Below are positions 1 through 7,778 of a stretch of DNA of 57,665 bases, in pieces. Source of the stretch: Candidatus Parcubacteria bacterium (GTDB lineage Bacteria > Patescibacteriota > Minisyncoccia > Phycocordibacterales > Zambryskibacteraceae); assembly GCA_019661865.1 (NCBI GenBank), contig JAIFWJ010000004.1, positions 1 to 57,665 of the forward strand, given 5' to 3'. The translations under genes were made by a program, and so were the position numbers. Position 1 is the stretch's first letter. The number at the start of each line of letters is the position of its first letter. The notes under the pieces were generated by a model, which was not told the DNA's origin, made no database searches, and worked only from the letters and a program-made list of their open reading frames with translations.

Positions 1-870
1 GTATTCGATACCGTCACCGTCACATTGGTTGCAGTGGTGGTATTTCCTGCAGCATCACGAGCTATAGCAGTGATGACGTGAGAACCGTTAGTGGCGGTCG
101 TTGTGTCCCAGTTAATACCGTAAGCTGCAGTTTGATCTTCGGAACCGAAGTTAACACCGTCTAGTCTAAACTGCACTCCCGCTACTCCTACGTTATCCGA
201 GGCATTAGCTGTGATGTTAATTGAACCACTAACTGTGGAGAGGTTGGTAGGAGAAGTGATAGAGACTGTGGGTGAAGTAGTGTCTGGAGTGGAGTTAGAG
301 ACTGTAACTGTGACCGATGTTGAAGTGGTGGTGTTGCCTGAGGTATCTCTAGCTGTAGCAGTTAAAGTGTGAGTACCGTTAGTAAGAGAGTTAGTGATAA
401 GAGAGATACCGTATGCTGCTGTAGTGTCTTCCACTCCTTGAGTAATGTTATCTACTTTAAAGGTTACTCCTGCGATACCTGCGTTATCCGAGGCTGAAGC
501 GGTGAAGTTAATAGTGCCAGAGACAGTACCACCTGTAGGGGAAGTGATAGAGACCGTTGGAGGTGTAGTGTCTGTTACTACATTAGAGATAGTTACAGTT
601 ATTGATGAAGTATTTACATTATTAGAAGAGTCTCTAGCTGTAGCTGAGAGAGTGTGAGTACCGTTAGAGTAGCCTGTGGTATCTAGACTTACTCCGTAAG
701 TAGGAACAGTATCTTCTGAATCTATAGTGGCACTGTCTAATTTAAAGGTTACTCCGGCTACAGAGACATTATCCGAGGCTGAAGCTGTAATATTGATTAT
801 TCCACTTATTGTTCCTCCTGTAGGTGAAAGGAAAGAGACTGTGGGAAGAGTGGTATCTGTTACAGGTGGT
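1..870 (-). repeat. Three tandem ~286-290-nt coding repeats (Ig-like domain units)
   Basis: Related plus-strand blocks beginning ttatccgaggc... recur near 193, 484 and 770, each followed by ...gatagagac(t/c)gt(g/t)gg.... The translated units are clearly homologous. Confidence 0.75.
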
Positions 871-1109
871 GTACTTCCACCCCCTCCACCTCCGCCTCCG
901 CCACCACCTCCTCCACCAGAGTTACCTGGAGGAGTAATAGAGACTCCACGACCTTGAAGGATGGCAATGATCTGTCTTTGAAGCTCAGCTATGAGAGCCT
1001 TCAGGATAACAATGATCTGGTTGGTTAACTGTTGGACTAGAACTTGCTTATCTGCTTCTGAGAGAGCTGCGGATTGATTAGTGTTTGATGGAGAAATGTG
1101 GAAACCTAA
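1..1109 (-). CDS. Ig-like-repeat surface protein, partial (continues beyond position 1); start codon unresolved
   Basis: Own translation of the minus strand, with codons in register with 1104-1106. It reads ..SEADKQVLVQQLTNQIIVILKALIAELQRQIIAILQGRGVSITPPGNS-G(14)-STPPVTDTTLPTVSFLSPTGGTISGIINITASASDNVSVAGVTFKLD..GTHTLSATARDSSNNVNTSSITVTISN. Two more ~95-aa copies follow with the pattern PTVSITSP..G.IN.TA.ASDN.G.AGV.F..D...GTH.LTA.ARD..GN.T.S..VTVTVSN. The frame is open from the TAA at 1110-1112 to the window edge. It is absent from the ORF track because it has no stop inside the window. Confidence 0.75.
876..917 (-). repeat. (GGN)14 tract encoding a 14-residue poly-glycine linker
   Basis: The plus strand reads tccaccccctccacctccgcctccgccaccacctcctccacc. 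In the minus coding frame this is 14 consecutive Gly codons. Confidence 0.9.
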
Positions 1110-1456
1110 TTATTTACATCATTTATAGATAGAGTTCCAACCGCAATGATCCTCTTTTCACTTGGCCTATATAGTATAGCCTGAGCAGTACCAGAGTAGA
1201 ATATGAGTTTATCCCCAACTCTTGAGTCACTAAACAATGAACCCCTAAGCTCTCTAGGATCTACCACGGTTGCTATTGTGGGACTTTCGTCTTCAGGTAA
1301 CAAAATAGTCTTCCCTACCTCACTCAAGATCCCTGAGACGTCTGTGTCAGGAGAAGATTTAAAGAAAAACCTTCCCCCGATAATAGAAAGCCCCCACCCG
1401 AAAAAAACAACAACGAGTAGTATGAGAGCAGATTTTTTCATCAAGGAGTAATTCAT
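1106..1456 (-). CDS. Small N-terminally membrane-anchored protein, unknown function
   Basis: ORF track, 116 aa. It has a hydrophobic N-terminus ALILLVVVFFGWGLSIIGG. Its start is separated by 1 nt from the end of the 1458..7778 gene (co-transcription likely). The stop is TAG at 1106-1108. No family was recognised. Confidence 0.6.
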   Translation of the reverse strand: MNYSLMKKSALILLVVVFFGWGLSIIGGRFFFKSSPDTDVSGILSEVGKTILLPEDESPTIATVVDPRELRGSLFSDSRVGDKLIFYSGTAQAILYRPSEKRIIAVGTLSINDVNN

Positions 1457-1457
1457 A

Positions 1458-4400
1458 TCAGTTTAGAGGAGTTGAAGTAGAGGTAGTGCTTGCGGTCGCG
1501 TCTATTATTGGAGTTGAGGATCCTTCTTCAGTAATCTGTTGAGAAGAATTATCTAATATTGGAGTAGTGGAAGAATTATCTACTGGTGGAGTAATAGTTA
1601 CTTGTCCCCCACTTGTTAGATCTGTAACTGTACTTAATATGGGCTGAGTGGTACTTGCTGAAGTTGCCGTCTTCATATTCTTAATAGCTAGAGCAATCCA
1701 GGAGAACGTTACTTGCTTCTCGGCAGGCTTGTTTAATATTATCGAGAAGCCATTTGTATTCCTATTAGTTACCGCATAGGTATTAGCTTCTGTAATAATT
1801 GCGTCTCTATCCGTATCAGTAGTACTTGCATCGAGTGTGATGGTTGCAGATATTACTGGTGCATTGACGTATGGCTTGTCGAAGGTAACATCAACCTTCC
1901 TTGATCCAGTTTCTATAACTGCAAGACCTCCTGTATCAGAGTTGAAGTAAGGACGACCGACGAATTCTGCATCTGATTCAAGGAGTAAGAGATCTGTTGG
2001 AGAACTGAGACTGTCGATCTTCAATCCACCTTGTACTAGACTGAAGTTTGCCAACGCTTCTGTGGTAGAAGCAGTTAGAGTATCGATTTTATTATTTAGC
2101 TCTTGTATTGCGCCGGCTAGAATTGGAGCGAAGTTGTCATAAAGAACTCCTCTCGGAGTAACTCCATCTTCATCATAGAAGACCAGTCTAGGATCTATCT
2201 GATTTATTTCTTCTGCGATAAAACCAGTCTTTTCGTCAGTATAACCATTGTATACGAATGAGACTGGACGGAACTTCATAACCTCATCCAAGTTAGCGGT
2301 GAGTGTATTTATATCATGCTTGAAACGCAGTGAGGATGTACCGCAAGTAGCACCCGTAGTTACTTCATTATTAGTAGAGAGACAGAGTTGAACATCACTG
2401 GCTCCTGTGGCAGTAAGGCCCTTAAGTGATGCTGTACCAGATACTGAGAAAGTCTTCCAAGGTGATGTCGTCCCCACTCCTAGAGAACCATTCGTGTCCA
2501 CAGTAAGCGCTGAGGCCGAGGAAGTGGCGTAAGTTGAGGCTGATGAAGTAGCTATGTATAGATTGCCTCCTGCATTCCTAAATGACCAATGAGTATCTGC
2601 AGCAATACCATCAGAGAGAGTAAGTTGAGCTCTAGTCGATGAAGCCACCTGAAGAGACCACTTGGGTGTGGTAGTGCCTATACCCACTTGTCCACCAGAT
2701 GTAATAACCATCTTGGAAGAGCTACTGATCTGGAAGTCTGCAATGTAGTTCGTACTTGTGGCAGATACGGAGGTCTGGACTGGGTTCACTCTTAAGGCAG
2801 TGTAGCCTCTAGAGAAGGTATTGACATTAATGGTAGGGTTAACGTCTAGACCAGTAATTGGATATAAAGAGTTTGTATAAAGATCGTTAGAACCTGAACC
2901 AATAGTGGTACTGATACCTAATGCTGTAAGTCTAGAGAGAGAAGACCATGTAGTTAAGGCACCAGCTCCGGTAGACATCGATCCTTCCACTCTTAAGACA
3001 GCGGCCCGAGTGTTAATGGCAGTTGCGGTAGGAGCATAAGCTGGAGCTATACTCAAGTAGTTATTAGTGTAGTCTCCTGACGTAAACCAGTTACCATTTA
3101 CATCAGTGAAATTAAAGTTGTTGTTATCTGAACCTAAGTCGACGCTACGATCATATGTAAATGTACCATTATTTTGAATTACAAATCCCTTATCATTATT
3201 TCTATCGGTGAGGATAAGATGAGTAGCGGCACCACTACTGCCAGCAGTTACAGTAAATCTATTAACTCCTTGAGTTTGGAAGTTAAATAAGTCCCCTGAG
3301 AATCCGTTATCCGAGAGATTCGAACCAATCAAGGTGCCCGCGCTGTTACCGCTAGTAAGAGGGTTAGGACCAAGAGATAGTATGGGGTTCGCAGTTGAGA
3401 AACCAGTACTGGTTGCGATTGAAAGACGAGATTTAGGAGTAGAAGTACCAATGCCTATGTTCCCAGAAGATCCGTCTACTGTTAATGATGTATATGTCGA
3501 TGTAGCAAATGTAGATGGAGATGAAGTAGCAATATATAAATTACCTCCAGCATTTCTAAAGGACCAGTGGTTCGAGGTAAGAGAATTATCCGAGAGAGTG
3601 AGCTGGGCCTTGGTAGATGAGGCTACCTGAAGAGTCCATTGAGGAGTAGATGTGCCAATACCAATCTTTCCGGGAGAAGTAGTAGTTCCCGAGCCCGATA
3701 TACCGCTACCGAAAATGATATTGCCTATGTTTAAGGTATTGGACGCGGTAGAAGTAGGTGCATCTATGTCATAACCTAAGACAATGTTATTTGAACCGGT
3801 TGTTAGATTATCCCCCGCCTGAAGACCCAGGAGAATGTTATTAGCTCCAGAAGTAAGTCCGAACCCTGATCTATATCCAAGAGCAGTGTTACCACTTGCA
3901 CCAGTGATGATGCTAGCAAGTGATTCTGTGCCGACAGCGGTAAGTTGTTGAGCACTGTATGACGCTCCTCCAGAAGCCGCACTGAAACCTATGGCCGTAG
4001 TAGAAGTTGCTGAGCCGTTATTAAAGTTTGCTTGATAGCCCACAGAAACGTTACTCGTGCCTGTAGTGTTGGCAAACATTGAGTTGTAACCGAGGGAGGT
4101 ATTATTACCACCTGTAGTGGTGTTGTACATGGACTGAGATCCAACTCCAGTATTATTGGCCGCAGAACCATTGGCTTGTCCTGATGCATAGCCCACAAAT
4201 GTATTATTGTCTGATGTCGTAACAAGCGTACCAGCCTGATAACCTAAGAAGGTATTAAATGATCCATCGAATGCATTAACATTCCCTGCTAAAAGACCTA
4301 GGATAGTTGTAGAGTTGGTGGATGATGCATCGAGAATCCTTAGCCCACCTTGATAAAGCGACTTATCAGATGCGAAGTTTACATTACCACTTACATCAAG

Positions 4401-7400
4401 TTTAAATGTGGCCGAGGCCAAACCAATACCGACATTACCACTCGAGTTTACTGTTAGAGCATTGAATCCAATCTTCATTGTAGAACCGAAGAGATTCGTA
4501 GAAGATGCAGTAGTTGAGAATATATTTGTGGTTGTAGCATTGGTAGTAGTTGAACGGATAGAATTCAGGTTATCAATTGTATTCTCTCCTGTGAAATGGT
4601 TATTATCTCCTAGAAGTGTGGAGGAAGCTGATCCACTACCACTTACCACTCCACATGTCACCTTTCCCCCTGAGATATTTAGAGCATTAGTTCCACTGCA
4701 TGGTCCTACTGCTATATATAGGTTTGAAGTTGAAGCTGTAGTAGAGAAGAGGTTAGTGGTAGTGGCATTGGTAGTGGTGGAGTTACCAGTAACGATGAGG
4801 TCATTCCCTAGAGTAACTACCCCTGTAGAGTTTATGGTCAGTGCCGCCACGGTCGAAGTTGCAAATGTTGAAGGTGATGAGGTTGCCAAGTAGAAGTTAC
4901 CTCCAGCATTTCTAAAGGACCAGTGGTTCGAAGTGAGAGAGCCGTCAGAAAGTGTCAGCTGTGCTTTGGTGGATGATGCAACTTGTAGAGCCCATTGGGA
5001 TGTGGAAGTACCTATGCCCACGTTTCCACCGGTCGACACAGCAAATTTGGAGACGTTGCTCGAATCATACAGTTCGAAAAGGTTTGTTGGAGCTGCAAGA
5101 TTAGAATACCCAAGTTGCCCACTTGCTGAAATCTGAACTTTATCAGCCAGGAAGAGCAATCGACTGATACTGGTGGCGTTCGCCGCGCTAAATATCACAT
5201 TGTCGTTTGTATCTCCAACCTGGAAGAATCTCGAGTCCACACTATCTACCCAGGCACTTGAACGAATGCCACGAAATACGACATTTGAAGTACTATCTAG
5301 AAGTCTTAACTGGTTTCCAGTCGTAATGAGATCCGTTCCGCTTAGCTGGATACTGCCTCCCACAGTTAGTTTCTGAGAAGAAGGAGAACCACCCACTCCT
5401 ACATTGCCAGAAGAGTTCACTACTAAGGCGTTATTACCCACAGTCAATAATGAGGAGAAGAGGTTTGTTGACGAAGCAGTAGTAGCAAAGAAATTAGTTG
5501 TAGTAGCGTTAGTTGAAGTTGATTGTAGAGCAGTGAAGTTCTGGAGTGTTGATGAACCTGAGAGGAGTAAGTTTGATAATGAGGTCAATCCACCAGTAGC
5601 TGTAAGAGTTCCAGTGAAGTTAGCTGCTGCAGATATTGTCTGGCCGTTTATGAGACCAGTAGTGAGTATTGTGGAGAAAAGATTGGTACTTGATGAAGTT
5701 GTTGAGAATATTGTTGTCGTAGTTGCGTTCGTAGTTGTGTTATTCTGTCCTGTAAAGCTTAGAAGTGTAGATGAACCACTTAGGAGAAGATTAGAGAGAG
5801 AAGTGAGCCCACTAGTTACAGTTAATGTACCAGTGAAGTTAGCAGCAGATGAAATAGTTTGGCTGTTTATAAGACCTGAGGTGATTAACCCAGTAGTAAG
5901 TGCTGTTGAGAAGAGATTGGTAGAGCTTGAGATGGTTGAGAAGTGGGTAGTAGAGGTAGCGTTAGTAGTGGTGTTGTTAAGACCGGTGAAGTTTTGGAGA
6001 GTGCTGGAGCCAGTAACCAATAGATCTCCAGCTATCTTTCCGAAACTAGTATTAGGGTCAAAGTAGAACTTAGCAGATGTGGTGGCTGAAGATCCAATTA
6101 CAACGACATCCGAGCTGTTATTTGGATAATTTATAAACTCTCCCACAACTTGGGATGTTGTGGTGGACCATGTCCCAGCAGCACTTCCTCCTCCCCCTCC
6201 TCCAGCCACAGTATGACAGCCAAAGACACCCCCACTCCATATAAGGGACTCACTCGCACCATTACACATACTTAGACCGAAGCCGTTTACAGTACCTCCA
6301 TATAAAGTAGTAGTAAATAAACTTGTAGAAGATGCAGTAGTAGCAAACAAATTCGTAGTTGTAGCACTAGTACCAGTAGCATTCACGAATGTGAAGTTCT
6401 GAAGAGTAGAAGATCCTGAGAGGAGTAAGTTCGACAAAGATGTAAGTCCACTAGTCACCGTGAGAGTGCCTGTAAAGTTAGCTACTGAGGAGATATTTTG
6501 ACCATTTACAAGCCCAGACGCGACAGCACCAGTTGTAAGTAAGGTTGAGAATAGGTTTGTACTCGAGGAGGTAGTGCTGAAGAAATTTGTCGTTGTTGCA
6601 GCACTTCCTGTAGCATTTATAAACGTGAAATTTTGGAGCGTGGTGGAACTAAGACTTAATATGTTTGAGAAAGTGCCAAGGCCAGTAGAAGTTAGAGAGC
6701 CTCCACTTGCGGCTGTGAAGAATACGTTGGTGGAAGAAGCAGTTGTTGAGAATATATTTGTACTAGTAGCTGAAGTAGTGGTAGAAGTGCCTATATTTAA
6801 TGCAGTAATAGTAGACGAAGAGAAAACCATTATTCCTCCTCCACCATTAGGTGTTATATCTGAGTTAGTAGATGTGGCCCATTTAGAGTTACCTCCACTT
6901 CCTGAACCACCAGTGGGCCAAGTAGTTCTACAGACATCGCCAGTGAGACACAATGTAGTAAATGTGCCCGAGGTCGAGAAGAGCTTGGTCGAGGTGGCCT
7001 GAGACGAAGTGGAATTTATAGAGGTGAAGTTCTGAAGTGTAGATGAACCAGAAAGTAATAGATTAGAGAGTGAGGTAAGACCACCAGTTGCTGTAAGAGT
7101 TCCTGTGAAGTTAGCTGCAGCAGATATTGTCTGGCCATTTACTGTGCCACTGGTAAGGGTTCCACTTAAAGTTACATTACCAGAGCTATCTACTAATAGA
7201 GCCGAGGAACCGTTCCTTTGAACATCGAGGACGTTCCCCGCACCCGTCTGATTAATAGTAAGTATTGTCTCAGCACTGTTAGTACTAATAGTAGAAGTAG
7301 CATCCGTTCTAGCGAACTGCCTTGAATCAAGCCCGTCTAAGGTGTCAGACACTATGGCTGCCGGCACTGCACCTATTATTTTCCTTGGAGTCATCTCTCC

Positions 7401-7778
7401 ATCCCATGTAGGTACTCCAGCAGTACCTCCTATCTCAACTCCAAGATAAAGTGTTTGGTTGAAGTCTAGGCTTGTGAGAGGTGTAGTGGAACCGAGCATC
7501 ACAGAGAAGAGACCGCTTGCTACTGGTACTCTATTTGATCCTGTAAGCGTCTCAGTCCACAGACTTGATCCTCCACTCGAAGTTGTGTAGAGATTAAATC
7601 TCATATTATAAGTACCATCAGCTACAGCTACGTTCGAGTTATCTACAAGACGTCCTTGGTAATTTATTTCTGGGTTAAATGATGCATTGAATGCGGCCTG
7701 TGTAGAAATAGGCAATCCGCCAACTACTAAGGTGGTGAGAATAAGGATTACTGTGAATTTGGCGAATAACTTTTTCAT
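1458..7778 (-). CDS. Giant (2106 aa) secreted S/T/N-rich fibre protein with a phage-tail-fibre-like architecture and an internal Peptidase_S74-type intramolecular chaperone domain
   Basis: ORF track. Signal peptide MKKLFAKFTVILILTTLVVGGLPISTQA. The N-terminal module INYQGRLVD..GTYNMRFNLYTT..LWTETL..GLFSVMLG is typical of tail-fibre-like bacterial proteins. Two internal repeat families are present. SSLRFKHDI..GFIAEEINQIDPRLV matches the S-x-x-R-x-K / GFIAQE signature of S74 autoprocessing chaperone domains (recognised from memory, not searched). Confidence 0.9.
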   Translation of the reverse strand: MKKLFAKFTVILILTTLVVGGLPISTQAAFNASFNPEINYQGRLVDNSNVAVADGTYNMRFNLYTTSSGGSSLWTETLTGSNRVPVASGLFSVMLGSTTPLTSLDFNQTLYLGVEIGGTAGVPTWDGEMTPRKIIGAVPAAIVSDTLDGLDSRQFARTDATSTISTNSAETILTINQTGAGNVLDVQRNGSSALLVDSSGNVTLSGTLTSGTVNGQTISAAANFTGTLTATGGLTSLSNLLLSGSSTLQNFTSINSTSSQATSTKLFSTSGTFTTLCLTGDVCRTTWPTGGSGSGGNSKWATSTNSDITPNGGGGIMVFSSSTITALNIGTSTTTSATSTNIFSTTASSTNVFFTAASGGSLTSTGLGTFSNILSLSSTTLQNFTFINATGSAATTTNFFSTTSSSTNLFSTLLTTGAVASGLVNGQNISSVANFTGTLTVTSGLTSLSNLLLSGSSTLQNFTFVNATGTSATTTNLFATTASSTSLFTTTLYGGTVNGFGLSMCNGASESLIWSGGVFGCHTVAGGGGGGSAAGTWSTTTSQVVGEFINYPNNSSDVVVIGSSATTSAKFYFDPNTSFGKIAGDLLVTGSSTLQNFTGLNNTTTNATSTTHFSTISSSTNLFSTALTTGLITSGLINSQTISSAANFTGTLTVTSGLTSLSNLLLSGSSTLLSFTGQNNTTTNATTTTIFSTTSSSTNLFSTILTTGLINGQTISAAANFTGTLTATGGLTSLSNLLLSGSSTLQNFTALQSTSTNATTTNFFATTASSTNLFSSLLTVGNNALVVNSSGNVGVGGSPSSQKLTVGGSIQLSGTDLITTGNQLRLLDSTSNVVFRGIRSSAWVDSVDSRFFQVGDTNDNVIFSAANATSISRLLFLADKVQISASGQLGYSNLAAPTNLFELYDSSNVSKFAVSTGGNVGIGTSTSQWALQVASSTKAQLTLSDGSLTSNHWSFRNAGGNFYLATSSPSTFATSTVAALTINSTGVVTLGNDLIVTGNSTTTNATTTNLFSTTASTSNLYIAVGPCSGTNALNISGGKVTCGVVSGSGSASSTLLGDNNHFTGENTIDNLNSIRSTTTNATTTNIFSTTASSTNLFGSTMKIGFNALTVNSSGNVGIGLASATFKLDVSGNVNFASDKSLYQGGLRILDASSTNSTTILGLLAGNVNAFDGSFNTFLGYQAGTLVTTSDNNTFVGYASGQANGSAANNTGVGSQSMYNTTTGGNNTSLGYNSMFANTTGTSNVSVGYQANFNNGSATSTTAIGFSAASGGASYSAQQLTAVGTESLASIITGASGNTALGYRSGFGLTSGANNILLGLQAGDNLTTGSNNIVLGYDIDAPTSTASNTLNIGNIIFGSGISGSGTTTSPGKIGIGTSTPQWTLQVASSTKAQLTLSDNSLTSNHWSFRNAGGNLYIATSSPSTFATSTYTSLTVDGSSGNIGIGTSTPKSRLSIATSTGFSTANPILSLGPNPLTSGNSAGTLIGSNLSDNGFSGDLFNFQTQGVNRFTVTAGSSGAATHLILTDRNNDKGFVIQNNGTFTYDRSVDLGSDNNNFNFTDVNGNWFTSGDYTNNYLSIAPAYAPTATAINTRAAVLRVEGSMSTGAGALTTWSSLSRLTALGISTTIGSGSNDLYTNSLYPITGLDVNPTINVNTFSRGYTALRVNPVQTSVSATSTNYIADFQISSSSKMVITSGGQVGIGTTTPKWSLQVASSTRAQLTLSDGIAADTHWSFRNAGGNLYIATSSASTYATSSASALTVDTNGSLGVGTTSPWKTFSVSGTASLKGLTATGASDVQLCLSTNNEVTTGATCGTSSLRFKHDINTLTANLDEVMKFRPVSFVYNGYTDEKTGFIAEEINQIDPRLVFYDEDGVTPRGVLYDNFAPILAGAIQELNNKIDTLTASTTEALANFSLVQGGLKIDSLSSPTDLLLLESDAEFVGRPYFNSDTGGLAVIETGSRKVDVTFDKPYVNAPVISATITLDASTTDTDRDAIITEANTYAVTNRNTNGFSIILNKPAEKQVTFSWIALAIKNMKTATSASTTQPILSTVTDLTSGGQVTITPPVDNSSTTPILDNSSQQITEEGSSTPIIDATASTTSTSTPLN
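2067..2336 (-). other. Peptidase_S74-like intramolecular chaperone / autoproteolysis domain segment within the giant CDS
   Basis: Encodes SSLRFKHDINTLTANLDEVMKFRPVSFVYNGYTDEKTGFIAEEINQIDPRLVFYDEDGVTPRGVLYDNFAPILAGAIQELNNKIDTL. The first Ser codon is at 2334-2336 (plus strand gga). The domain lies 292 residues from the C-terminus, not at the terminus. Confidence 0.6.
2566..5030 (-). repeat. Intragenic repeat family B: three dispersed ~130-nt copies encoding GIGT.TP.W.LQVASST.AQLTLSD....HWSFRNAGGN.Y.ATSS
   Basis: Copies at about 2566-2700, 3543-3670 and 4899-5030. A 33-nt identical block, acctccagcatttctaaaggaccagtggttcga, occurs at 3543-3575 and 4899-4931. Confidence 0.8.
5533..7139 (-). repeat. 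Intragenic repeat family A: ~115-nt cores encoding NGQTIS.AANFTGTLT.T.GLTSLSNLLLSGSSTLQNFT
   Basis: Four near-complete copies on the plus strand at about 5533-5648, 5752-5867, 6391-6506 and 7024-7139. Each starts gt(g/a)aag(t/c)t and ends ..tagc(t/a)gc(t/a)gcaga(t/a)at(t/a)gt.tgg.c. Partial copies lie near 5985 and 6627. Confidence 0.8.

Noticed and set aside
445-957. Plus-strand ORFs 445..657 and 727..957, including a 14-proline run
   Set aside because: They are antisense shadows of the Ig-repeat coding frame. The poly-Pro run is the complement of the (GGN)14 poly-Gly tract, and the minus-strand translation shows three homologous Ig-like units.
1104-1112. Programmed -1 ribosomal frameshift joining the 116-aa ORF to the Ig-repeat frame
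   Set aside because: The only window where a shift could occur (GUA AAU AAU UAG G) has no X XXY YYZ slippery heptamer. The -1 frame contains UAA immediately upstream (1110-1112). An indel or a non-canonical start is more likely, so this is kept as a finding only in that form.
3334-7002. Plus-strand ORFs of 67-220 aa (3334..3630, 4408..4893, 4933..5136, 5173..5376, 5404..6066, 6574..7002) nested in the giant gene
   Set aside because: They lie antisense to the 2106-aa ORF. Their V/E/A/L-rich translations are what the complement of S/T/N-rich repeat codons produces. They show no start-site signals, and the minus-strand ORF carries a signal peptide and recognisable domains.
2566-7139. Regularly recurring repeats as a possible CRISPR array
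   Set aside because: The repeats are 115-130 nt long, imperfect, irregularly spaced, in frame within a protein-coding gene and translate to homologous protein modules. No cas genes are present.
1458-7778. A prophage or tailocin interpretation of the tail-fibre-like gene
   Set aside because: No capsid, portal, terminase, tail tube/sheath, baseplate, lysis or integrase genes are present in the 10 kb around it. The neighbours are FN3, Ig and HTH-TM proteins in one operon, followed by housekeeping genes.
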